DNA of 12,155 nt from Fibrobacterota bacterium (GTDB taxonomy: Bacteria > Fibrobacterota > Fibrobacteria > UBA11236), in NCBI GenBank assembly GCA_043753995.1, contig JAYUVP010000173.1, positions 1 through 12,155 on the forward strand, given 5' to 3'. The position numbers and the translations under genes are program-made. The notes beneath the pieces are model-generated. The model ran no database searches. It was not told the origin of the DNA and worked only from the letters and a program-made list of their open reading frames with translations. Of this stretch, positions 1 through 7,538 are shown piece by piece; the stretch's first letter is position 1; every line of letters begins with the position of its first letter.

Positions 1-1968
1 CTTCGCATGGCCCTGCAAACACGCGAGCAGCATATTCGCCGGGAAAAAGCCACCAGCAATATTTGCACGTCCCAGGTTTTATTGGCCGTCATGGCCGGCA
101 TGTATGGCGTATGGCATGGCCCTGAGGGACTCAAGGCCATCGCGCGGCGCATTCATACCTTGGCGCGATCCCTGGCTTCGGCAGTGAAACACCTGGGTTA
201 CGTTAACTTGCAAGCGACCTATTTCGATACGCTGAAGCTCTCCTTGCCCAAGGGTGTCGACGCGGGCGTTTTGCGGCGTGAAAGCGAAATGCGCGGCATC
301 AATTTGAGATTCGACACGGCGGGGCAGGTGAGCATCGTTCTCGACGAAAGCGTCAGCGTCGCCGATTTGGCCGACGTGGCCGCCGCCCTTGCCACCGCCG
401 CCAATAAGTCAGCCCCCACCGAAGCCATGCTGCGCGATATCGCCGCGCGCCTCACCGAAGATTTCGGCGACAGCCTCCCGCTGGAGCTGGAGCGCAAAAG
501 CGCCTTTCTGACCCATCCCGTTTTTCATGCCCATCACAGTGAGCATGCCATGCTGCGCTATATACGCTCGCTGGAACGCAAGGATCTTTCGCTCACCACC
601 TCCATGATTCCCCTGGGGTCATGCACCATGAAGCTCAATGCCACGGCGGAAATGCTGCCCTTGTCCTATCCCGGCTTCGCGGCTTTGCATCCCTTCGCGC
701 CCACCGAACAGGCCCAGGGCTATGCCCAAGTTTTCGGCGAGCTCTCCACGGCTTTGGCGCGCATCACCGGCCTCACGGGTGTATCCCTGCAGCCCAATGC
801 GGGCTCGCAGGGCGAATATGCTGGCCTCCTGGTTATTCGGGCGTGGCAAAAAGCGCGCGGACAAGGCCATCGCAAGATTTGCCTCATCCCCGCTTCGGCG
901 CATGGCACCAATCCTGCCTCGGCCGTCATGGCCGGCTTGCAAGTCATTGTCGTGGCCTGCGACTCCTCAGGCAATATCGATCTCGGCGATCTCGAAGCCA
1001 AAGCGAAAGAACACAGCGACAAGCTTTGCGCCCTCATGGTCACCTATCCCAGCACCCACGGGGTTTTCGAGTCAGGCATACGCAAAGCCTGCCAAATCAT
1101 TCACGAGCATGGCGGCCAAGTCTATATGGATGGTGCCAATCTCAATGCCCAGGTTGGTCTCACTTCGCCCGCTGCCACCGGTGCCGATGTCTGCCACATC
1201 AACCTGCACAAAACCTTTTGCATTCCTCATGGCGGCGGCGGTCCGGGCATGGGCCCTATTTGCGTGGCAGCGCATTTGCAGCCGCATTTGCCGGGCCATC
1301 CGCATCGCGCCATCGGCGGTGCTCAGGCCATACTACCCGTGTCGGCCGCACCCTTCGGCAGTGCCAGCATACTCACCATTTCCTGGGCCTACATTCGCCT
1401 CATGGGCGGAGCGGCCTTGAAGCGCGCCACCGAAATCGCCATACTCAATGCGAATTATCTCAAGGCCCGTCTCGAAGCCCATTATCCCGTGCTTTATGTG
1501 GGCGAAAACGGTTGCGTCGCGCATGAAATGATTCTCGATTGCCGCCGCTTCAAAACTGTGGCCGGCATTGAAGTCGAAGACATCGCCAAACGTCTGATGG
1601 ATTATGGCTTTCATGCACCCACGGTGAGCTTTCCCGTGCCCGGTACTCTGATGATAGAGCCCACCGAAAGCGAAAACAAAGCCGAACTCGATCGCTTTGT
1701 CGAAGCCCTCATCGCCATTCGCGGCGAAATCTCCGCCATCGAATTAGGCCAAAGCGATAGGCTGGACAACCCACTCAAAAATGCTCCGCATACCGCCGCT
1801 CATGTTCTCGCCGCCGACTGGAAACATCCCTATTCCCGCGAGCAAGCCGCCTTTCCCCTGCCCTATGTGAAGCGCGACAAGTTCTGGCCTTCGGTGGGAC
1901 GACTCAACAATGCCTATGGCGATAAAAATCTGGTTTGCTCCTGCCCACCACTGGAGAGCTACACCTAA
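1..1968 (+). CDS. gcvP: Glycine dehydrogenase (decarboxylating), glycine cleavage P protein; 5'-partial
   Basis: Frame is open from base 1 ([25 protein letters not shown]), so the Met at 7 is internal. Contains [35 protein letters not shown], the PLP-lysine motif [17 protein letters not shown] and C-terminal CSCPP; stop TAA 1966-1968. Confidence 0.98.
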   Translation, partial: LRMALQTREQHIRREKATSNICTSQVLLAVMAGMYGVWHGPEGLKAIARRIHTLARSLASAVKHLGYVNLQATYFDTLKLSLPKGVDAGVLRRESEMRGINLRFDTAGQVSIVLDESVSVADLADVAAALATAANKSAPTEAMLRDIAARLTEDFGDSLPLELERKSAFLTHPVFHAHHSEHAMLRYIRSLERKDLSLTTSMIPLGSCTMKLNATAEMLPLSYPGFAALHPFAPTEQAQGYAQVFGELSTALARITGLTGVSLQPNAGSQGEYAGLLVIRAWQKARGQGHRKICLIPASAHGTNPASAVMAGLQVIVVACDSSGNIDLGDLEAKAKEHSDKLCALMVTYPSTHGVFESGIRKACQIIHEHGGQVYMDGANLNAQVGLTSPAATGADVCHINLHKTFCIPHGGGGPGMGPICVAAHLQPHLPGHPHRAIGGAQAILPVSAAPFGSASILTISWAYIRLMGGAALKRATEIAILNANYLKARLEAHYPVLYVGENGCVAHEMILDCRRFKTVAGIEVEDIAKRLMDYGFHAPTVSFPVPGTLMIEPTESENKAELDRFVEALIAIRGEISAIELGQSDRLDNPLKNAPHTAAHVLAADWKHPYSREQAAFPLPYVKRDKFWPSVGRLNNAYGDKNLVCSCPPLESYT

Positions 1969-1974
1969 GGCGCT
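1964..1974 (+). repeat. Direct repeat copy 1, CCTAAGGCGCT (includes gcvP stop codon)
   Basis: Identical to 2896-2906; the match extends to CCTAAGGCGCT(A)GCA with one indel. Confidence 0.6.
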
Positions 1975-1991
1975 AGCATACTAGGGGCGAC

Positions 1992-2132
1992 CTAAACCCA
2001 GGTCTCGACCTTGAGTCCTTTCACGCGGGGAAATTCCGCGTGATTGTTCTACGACATCCAGGGAAGTAAAAAATCGCGCAAGGCCTCGCGATTGCGGTCG
2101 GGGTATTGGCTTTTTTCGACACCATAATTCAG
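1992..2132 (-). pseudogene. vapC: Degraded VapC (PIN) toxin remnant
   Basis: Minus strand reads LNYGVEKSQYPDRNREALRDFLLPWMS*NNHAEFPRVKGLKVETWV*. The first block matches the VapC ELxYGxxKS..xRN..AL..FLxPL helix region and the second the C-terminal TNNxxEFxRVxGLxxExW motif. No start or N-terminal DT motif, one in-frame stop, and the central segment is missing. Confidence 0.8.
2021..2043. other. GC-rich hairpin TCACGCGG-N7-CCGCGTGA, possible weak terminator downstream of gcvP
   Basis: Perfect 8-bp inverted repeat followed by TTGTTCT on + and preceded by TT; lies inside the vapC relic, so it may be incidental. Confidence 0.3.
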
Positions 2133-2261
2133 GTTTCATATCTATTCTGCTGTCCGCCTGGAGACAAAGACCTTTCCCCAACCTTCTCAAATCATCCAAC
2201 CGTGATGGGCCTCACCTTTTCCCTTTTCCCAACGAATTAGGTTTTCTTATAGCTTAACCAA

Positions 2262-2286
2262 ATAGACTTAGCTAAGCTTAGTCTAT
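2262..2286. promoter_or_regulatory. Palindromic operator/promoter of the vapBC operon
   Basis: ATAGACTTAGCTAAGCTTAGTCTAT: 25-bp dyad with 11 of 12 arm positions paired, overlapping the antitoxin ATG. Contains -10-like TAGACT (2263-2268) and TAAGCT (2273-2278). Confidence 0.75.
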
Positions 2287-2542
2287 GCTAGCCAATATGC
2301 ATGAAGCCAAAACCCATTTAAGCCAATTGATTGAGCGTAGTCTCGCGGGCGAAGAGGTGATCATTGCCCGCGCAGGAAAGCCTGTGGTGCGCTTGGTACC
2401 TATACCCGAATCACCCCAAAGGAAAAGCGGCTTGTGGCGCGATCAGGTTTGGGAATCCCCCGAGGCTTGGACGCCTGACCTGCAAGATTATGTGCCCCCA
2501 CCTTTTCCCGGTGAGGTGGGCGGTGAAGCTTCTACTCGATAG
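2285..2542 (+). CDS. vapB: Phd/YefM-family antitoxin (type II TA)
   Basis: N-terminus NMHEAKTHLSQLIERSLAGEEVIIARAGKPVVRLVP is the typical prevent-host-death DNA-binding domain, followed by an acidic/Pro-rich tail; directly upstream of a PIN gene. Confidence 0.93.
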   Translation: MLANMHEAKTHLSQLIERSLAGEEVIIARAGKPVVRLVPIPESPQRKSGLWRDQVWESPEAWTPDLQDYVPPPFPGEVGGEASTR

Positions 2543-2900
2543 CCATGTTTTACTGTGGTGGCAGGCTTGGCCCGAAAGACTTTCCCCCGCCGCAATCGCC
2601 GCCATTCAAGACTCCCGGAATGCGATTTGGGTGAGTTCCCTGTCCTTTTATGAATTGGCCTTTAAGCAAGCTCGCGGGCATTTGAGATTGCCACCTAATC
2701 TTAACGAAGCGTTACTCCAAAACGGCTTTCATGAAATGCCCGTGCGAATGGAACATGCTCTCGATGCTGCCAACTTGCCCATGCATCATGGCGATCCCAT
2801 TGATCGCCTGCTTATTGCCCAGGCCCGTCAAGAGGAATGTCGCCTTGTCACCCGTGACAATTGTTTCAAGAATTATGCCGTCGAATGTGTATGGGCCTAA
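2523..2900 (+). CDS. vapC: VapC-family PIN-domain ribonuclease toxin (125 aa)
   Basis: GTG start at 2523 after SD-like GAGGTG (2513-2518) gives MKLLLDSHVLLWW...SSLSFYEL...HHGDPIDRLLIAQA...LVTRD with the conserved acidic residues present; overlaps the antitoxin by 20 nt. The ORF-track start at 2364 is an overextension. Confidence 0.93.
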   Translation: MKLLLDSHVLLWWQAWPERLSPAAIAAIQDSRNAIWVSSLSFYELAFKQARGHLRLPPNLNEALLQNGFHEMPVRMEHALDAANLPMHHGDPIDRLLIAQARQEECRLVTRDNCFKNYAVECVWA

Positions 2901-2906
2901 GGCGCT
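2896..2906 (+). repeat. Direct repeat copy 2, CCTAAGGCGCT (includes vapC stop codon)
   Basis: Identical to 1964-1974. Confidence 0.6.
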
Positions 2907-2948
2907 GCAGCCCTTAACCCAAGCTCACTCATCCTGAAGAGGTCTGCC

Positions 2949-3404
2949 ATGAAAAGCGCCGCCGTCACGGTTCAAGAATATCTCGATATTTTGCCGCCTG
3001 ATAGAAAACCTGCCATGCTGCAATTGCGCAAGCTATTACTCAAAAACCTGCCCAAAGGATTCTCCGAAGCCATGGGCTATGGCATGCCTGGCTATGTGAT
3101 TCCGCATTCGCTTTACCCTGCCGGCTATCATTGCGATCCCAAATTGCCGCTTCCTTTTCTTTCCTTTGCCTCTCAGAAAAATTTCATCGCCGTCTATCAC
3201 ATGGGGCTTTATGCCGATGAAAAGCTGATGAAGTGGTTTACGGACGAATATGCCAAGCTCGGCCTGAGCAAGCTGGACATGGGCAAAAGCTGCCTTCGCT
3301 TTAAAAAGCCGGAGCAAATACCCTTTGATTTACTTGGCGAGTTGGCATCCAAAATGACGCCGAAGGAGTGGATTGCGCTCTATGAAAAGAAGTTTAAGCG
3401 ATAA
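2949..3404 (+). CDS. DUF1801 (YdhG-like) domain protein
   Basis: TVQEYLDILPPDRK, YGMPGYVIPHSLYPAGYHCDPKLPLPF, ASQKNFIAVYHMG, LDMGKSCLRFKK and IPFDLLGEL are characteristic of DUF1801; SD-like GAGG upstream. Confidence 0.85.
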   Translation: MKSAAVTVQEYLDILPPDRKPAMLQLRKLLLKNLPKGFSEAMGYGMPGYVIPHSLYPAGYHCDPKLPLPFLSFASQKNFIAVYHMGLYADEKLMKWFTDEYAKLGLSKLDMGKSCLRFKKPEQIPFDLLGELASKMTPKEWIALYEKKFKR

Positions 3405-3428
3405 GTGATAGCATCGCCGAGGCTTGCT

Positions 3429-4454
3429 CTAAACTGTCGTGGGCTTATCGAAATGCTTGGCCAGCTCCACGCCGGCTTGCCACCCCGACTGAAAGGCACC
3501 TTCGACGCGTGCCCCACCGAAACCGTCCCCGCAAATCAAAAAAGGCGAGGAAGTCGCTAAACCCAGCCAAGGCTGGCCAAAGCTCTGGGTCACTCGCGCA
3601 TGCTGCCATTTGACTAGGCGCGCCGACTTCACAACAGCTTCGCCTATCCAAGGCTTGGCTAGGGCGAGCAAGTCTTCGCGCAATTCTTTTTCATCTCGTG
3701 AAAAATGGCGCAGGCTGTATTCGGGTGAAGCCAAAACAACAAGTCCGCCCTCGCCCTGCATCAAGCCTTTGGCGCCTTGATCCGCAATGCAGACAATTTC
3801 AGGGGATGGCATGAAAATCAAACCCGGAGGCGGGACTATGGCTTTTCCCTGGAGCAGTAGGTCCAAAACCAAGGAGGGTGCATAGGTAATGCCGGCCAAA
3901 CCCTGGCGCTGCTGCTCGCTGAGGCCCGGCAAAAAAGCGGAGAGTTGGGGCTGTAAAACCGGCCAAGGCGGCGTTGCAATGACGGCCTTGGCTGAAATAC
4001 GGGGCGGCCCGCTGAAAGCCGCGCGAGTCAAAGCCATGTTCCATTCGCCTGGGGCTTCCGTAAAATCAAGCACCTCGACTCCGCAAGCCACTTCATGCTG
4101 CACGGCCCAATGGGCCATGAGCTTGCCCAAGCCCAGCGGCGAGGCATAGGCCGCTTCGGGGCGACCCATTTCATCGGGCTTTTCAAACCAGGTTTTCAGC
4201 CAGCCTTTTTGCATCCAGGCTTGGGTGAAAGCCACTAATTCCGGAGATCGGGCGGTGAAAAACTGGGCCGTCGTATCGAGAGCGATGTCCTCTCGTTTTT
4301 CGGTGACGAGACGACCGCCCGGCCAGGCGGATTTTTCAAAAAGTCTTACGGAAAGTCGGGGCGCCTTGGCCCGAAGGGCTTCGGCAGCGGCCAAACCCGC
4401 CACCCCAGCACCCACTATGGCCACATCGACCTGGGCCGGAATTGAGGTATTCAA
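3429..4454 (-). CDS. Renalase-like FAD-dependent oxidoreductase
   Basis: Rossmann motif VAIVGAGVAGLAAA, FEKSxxxGGRL, AQFFTAR and C-terminal CGDGFGGARVEGAFQSG; TTG start 16 nt after the gcvH stop. Confidence 0.85.
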   Translation of the reverse strand: MNTSIPAQVDVAIVGAGVAGLAAAEALRAKAPRLSVRLFEKSAWPGGRLVTEKREDIALDTTAQFFTARSPELVAFTQAWMQKGWLKTWFEKPDEMGRPEAAYASPLGLGKLMAHWAVQHEVACGVEVLDFTEAPGEWNMALTRAAFSGPPRISAKAVIATPPWPVLQPQLSAFLPGLSEQQRQGLAGITYAPSLVLDLLLQGKAIVPPPGLIFMPSPEIVCIADQGAKGLMQGEGGLVVLASPEYSLRHFSRDEKELREDLLALAKPWIGEAVVKSARLVKWQHARVTQSFGQPWLGLATSSPFLICGDGFGGARVEGAFQSGWQAGVELAKHFDKPTTV

Positions 4455-4470
4455 AATCGCTTTGGAGGCC

Positions 4471-4842
4471 TTAAATCAAGGCTTGATAACCTGCTGCGTC
4501 CAAAAGATCGGCGGGAGCATCACTCACCTTGACCTTGATAATCCAACCCTTGCCATAGGGATCTTGATTAATAACACCGGCGTCTTGGCCGAGAGCGGCA
4601 TTCACTTCGCTTACCGTACCGGTAACGGGCGCATACAATTCTGCGACGGTTTTCACGGCTTCAATGGTGCCGAAAGTATCGCCGGCCTTCACCTTTTGGC
4701 CCACCGTGGGCAATTCGACGAATACAATATCGCCCAATTCCCGCTGAGCATGATCGGTAACCCCGATGGTGGCGACATCGCCTTGAATGCGCGCCCACTC
4801 ATGATCCTTGGTGTATTGAAGCTCGGGAGGAATGAGAGACAT
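4471..4842 (-). CDS. gcvH: Glycine cleavage system H protein (lipoyl carrier)
   Basis: YTKDHEW, GVTDHAQRELGDIVFVELP, lipoyl-lysine motif IEAVKT, NQDPYGKGW; SD AGGAG 5 nt before ATG. Confidence 0.97.
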   Translation of the reverse strand: MSLIPPELQYTKDHEWARIQGDVATIGVTDHAQRELGDIVFVELPTVGQKVKAGDTFGTIEAVKTVAELYAPVTGTVSEVNAALGQDAGVINQDPYGKGWIIKVKVSDAPADLLDAAGYQALI

Positions 4843-4863
4843 GCTAACTCCTGAAAGGCCGGG

Positions 4864-5553
4864 TCAAGGCGCGGCGATTTCGATTTCGGCCTGCTTGAGA
4901 GCGCTGAGGGCCGATTGGGTGAGGCGCTGAAAATTCTGCTGCTTATCCGCCTCTTCTTGATCGTTTTCCGCCTTGAAAAACCGATCGTAGGCCTGCACGG
5001 CTTGGGCCAATTCCCCTACGGCATTTTGAATTTTCGTCGTGGCGGTTTTCAGCTCGGGGGGCATTTTAAGGCTTGCCTCGGCCAAACGCTCTTTGACTTT
5101 TCCGACGTCGCTTCGAAATCCAAAGGCCTTATTTTGCATGGCATCGTATTCGGCGTCGGAAAGATCCGAAACCCGGGTCAAATCGACACCAGCAAGCCGA
5201 TCTGCTAAGCGCTTGGCCAATTCAAGGGTTTGCTTCAATTCATTGCTGGCCTCGCCCAAGGCGGCGGCATGCTTGGAAGCCGCCAGGCCTAAGGTATCGA
5301 CGGCAGCCGGAATCACCACGTCATTCATGGGAGCTGGCTCGGGCAAGGTTGCCGGGGCTTCGATCACCGAAGCATTGGCCGCGCTTTCCTGCATACCATA
5401 CTGAATGGTGTGAAAAACCGATCCGCAGAGGCAAAGAATGGCGCAGAAATAAGACAAGGTGACTCGTACCGGGGCTCTCGCATTGATGGCCACGGAAAAG
5501 CCAACCAAGGTGATGGCCCAGAGCAAGGAGATTTGGAGCAATTCTATTTTCAC
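4864..5553 (-). CDS. Hypothetical membrane protein (two N-terminal TM segments, Pro/Ala linker, helical-bundle C-domain)
   Basis: 229-aa ORF with GTG start; hydrophobic stretches at about aa 5-23 and 31-50, then PATLPEPAP linker and amphipathic helices; fills the space between murD and gcvH, ending 21 nt before gcvH. Confidence 0.75.
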   Translation of the reverse strand: MKIELLQISLLWAITLVGFSVAINARAPVRVTLSYFCAILCLCGSVFHTIQYGMQESAANASVIEAPATLPEPAPMNDVVIPAAVDTLGLAASKHAAALGEASNELKQTLELAKRLADRLAGVDLTRVSDLSDAEYDAMQNKAFGFRSDVGKVKERLAEASLKMPPELKTATTKIQNAVGELAQAVQAYDRFFKAENDQEEADKQQNFQRLTQSALSALKQAEIEIAAP

Positions 5554-5621
5554 CGCATTTACCTGCCGCGGAATATAAGATTTGCCCCAAGGCCCTCCAA
5601 ATGGATTCTCTTTCCCCAGTT

Positions 5622-6947
5622 ATGACAGAACCCATCGGTATACTCGGCTATGGTGTCGAGGGACAATCGTCCCTAACCTGGCTCTTGGCTCAAGGCCATC
5701 GTGAAATCGTCGTTTTCGACCGTAAAAAGCCTGAACATTTGCCTCCGGGCATTGCTTACGGAGGCGAGGGCGAGAATTATCTCGCGGGTCTGGCCGCCAT
5801 GCAAACTGTTTTTCGTTCGGCTGGGGTGAGAGCCGATGCCCCGGAAATTCAGGCCTTTGTCGCAGCGGGAGGTCGCCTCACTTCGCAAATTGAAACCGCT
5901 TTTACCGTCGCGGGCAAGCAACGTATTGTCGGAGTTACGGGGACTTTAGGCAAGGGAACAGCTTGTACCCTTTTGGAAGCCATGCTGGACAAGGCGGGCA
6001 TTCCCTGCGTGCTGGCTGGCAATATCGGCATACCCGCCCTCGATGCGGCCGCGAATTTACCGGATGGGGCCTTGCTGCTATTGGAATTGTCGAGCTTTCA
6101 GCTCTCCACTTTGAAAGAAAGTCCACATCGCGCCGCCGTTTTGCGCACGACCGTGGAGCATCTCGATTGGCATCACTCCCGCCGCGAATATTGGGAGCAC
6201 AAATCCAATCTAGTGCGCTGGCAAAGCCCTGAAGATTTCATGGTGTTTTGCTCCGATGCCGAAGGCAGCCGCCTCATTGCCGAGCGATCCGCCGCGAAAC
6301 GCAAGCGCAGCTATGGCCTGGAAGGCGGGCTTTTACTCCGGGGCGGGGATGTCTTGGAATTCGTACGCGAAGGCCGACGCTTGCATGCAGACGAATTGAA
6401 AATGCCCGGCAGCTTTAATCTGGAGAATGTCGCCGCCGCTGCCGCCTTGGCACTCGATTGCGGAGCGTCTTTCGACGCCATTGCCGAAGCGGCGCGCACC
6501 TTCGCAGGCCTGGAACATCGCCTAGAAAGGGTGCGAGAGCATCAAGGCATCACCTATTTCAACGATTCTTATGCCACTCGCCCCGAGGCCACCCAAGGCG
6601 CGGTTTCAGCTCTTTCCAAAGCCCCTCTGGGCCTGATTCTGGGCGGCTCGGACAAGCAAGTCGACTTTCTCCCCTTGGCCCGCCATTTGGCCAGCGCACC
6701 GCATCTCAAGGCCATAGCCTTGATTGGCGCCACCGCCGAAAGGCTGCAGGAAGATTTACTGACCTCGGGATGCCAGGCCTCGCTGCGCCTTTGCGAAGGA
6801 TTGGGCGATAGCGTGGCGTTTTTGCGATCCCACTTACCCGAAGGTGGGAGTATTGCCCTGTCGCCTGCTTGCGCCTCTTTTGGCCTTTTCGCGAATTATA
6901 AAGAACGCGGACGCCTCTTCAAACAACTCGTGGGCATCCTGACCTAG
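5622..6947 (+). CDS. murD: UDP-N-acetylmuramoyl-L-alanine--glutamate ligase
   Basis: ILGYGVEG, FRSAGV, P-loop GVTGTLGKGT, GNIG, LELSSFQL, EHLDWH, GLEHRLE, NDSYAT, GGSDK, LSPACASFGLFANYKERG. Start ATG 5622 preferred because it sits just before the first beta-strand; ATG 5601 is an alternative. Confidence 0.92.
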   Translation: MTEPIGILGYGVEGQSSLTWLLAQGHREIVVFDRKKPEHLPPGIAYGGEGENYLAGLAAMQTVFRSAGVRADAPEIQAFVAAGGRLTSQIETAFTVAGKQRIVGVTGTLGKGTACTLLEAMLDKAGIPCVLAGNIGIPALDAAANLPDGALLLLELSSFQLSTLKESPHRAAVLRTTVEHLDWHHSRREYWEHKSNLVRWQSPEDFMVFCSDAEGSRLIAERSAAKRKRSYGLEGGLLLRGGDVLEFVREGRRLHADELKMPGSFNLENVAAAAALALDCGASFDAIAEAARTFAGLEHRLERVREHQGITYFNDSYATRPEATQGAVSALSKAPLGLILGGSDKQVDFLPLARHLASAPHLKAIALIGATAERLQEDLLTSGCQASLRLCEGLGDSVAFLRSHLPEGGSIALSPACASFGLFANYKERGRLFKQLVGILT

Positions 6948-6961
6948 TCACCGGAACGCCC

Positions 6962-6990
6962 TTGCTTCTTGTGCCTGTGAGGACTATTAT
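6962..6990 (+). promoter_or_regulatory. Sigma70-type promoter for the hypothetical-clpS operon
   Basis: TTGCTT (6962-6967), 17-bp spacer, TATTAT (6985-6990), 41 nt upstream of ATG 7032. Confidence 0.65.
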
Positions 6991-7031
6991 CCGGCAAAAC
7001 CGCCACCTGGCGACGAAAACACCGGGCCAAT

Positions 7032-7538
7032 ATGCTGAATGAAGAGCATGAGAGCATGATGCTCTCCTATTTGTCGGGCCTGATGAGCGGCAAGACCTTG
7101 CTCACGCGCGAAGATTTGACCACCATGGAAAGCCATGAATTGCTTTTACTTGCCGCCAAGGTGGATGACGCGGCCTTGGGTCTTTTCGTGCAAATGCTCA
7201 AGAGCACCGGCCAAGGCGCAAGACTTTTCGAACGCCTCATGGGCGATCACGAAGAAGAAAATCGTCCCCTAGTAGACGCTTTTTTCAACCGTTATCTCCA
7301 ATTGGTTTTGTCGGGATCTGACGAAAGCAAAGACTATAATCCGCTCGAGATTTATTTACCCGCCACGGCTCTCGACGACTTGGCATTCGTGCAGACGCGA
7401 CAGGCATTTTTCCTACGTCAAACCGCCGACACCATCAATGAGTATCTCTCGGCGCTATTCGGTGGCGACCATGATTTTCGGCCGGGCGAGCAGGAAAAAG
7501 CCTGGAATTTTTTCTGGGACAAAGTGGTTTCTCGATGA
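7032..7538 (+). CDS. Hypothetical acidic, helical cytoplasmic protein (168 aa)
   Basis: Long ORF downstream of a good promoter, ATGA overlap with clpS, no signal peptide and no family recognised. Confidence 0.8.
   Translation: MLNEEHESMMLSYLSGLMSGKTLLTREDLTTMESHELLLLAAKVDDAALGLFVQMLKSTGQGARLFERLMGDHEEENRPLVDAFFNRYLQLVLSGSDESKDYNPLEIYLPATALDDLAFVQTRQAFFLRQTADTINEYLSALFGGDHDFRPGEQEKAWNFFWDKVVSR

Noticed and set aside
621..1526. Long alternative-frame ORFs (301 and 260 aa) inside gcvP
   Set aside because: Arg/Pro/Ser-rich shadows expected from GC-biased codon usage; no SD or domain features.
2072..2093. Inverted repeat AATCGCG-N8-CGCGATT; with the 2021-2043 hairpin it suggested a structured ncRNA or riboswitch
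   Set aside because: Both lie in vapC-derived coding sequence, and no glycine-riboswitch or other RNA consensus is visible.
1981..2199. 72-aa minus-strand ORF in the track
   Set aside because: No recognisable motifs; the VapC-like signal here is mostly in a different frame, so this ORF is probably spurious.
2230..2260. Possible dif/pdif (XerCD) or integron attC site near the TA module
   Set aside because: Poor match to TTATGTTAAAT, no paired RYYYAAC/GTTRRRY boxes at gene ends, and no integrase in the window.
2364..2522. N-terminal extension of the PIN ORF (178-aa version)
   Set aside because: Overlaps the antitoxin; PIN similarity begins at GTG 2523, which has an SD.
4225..4854. 209-aa plus-strand ORF antisense to gcvH and the renalase-like gene
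   Set aside because: Antisense shadow of two well-supported genes.
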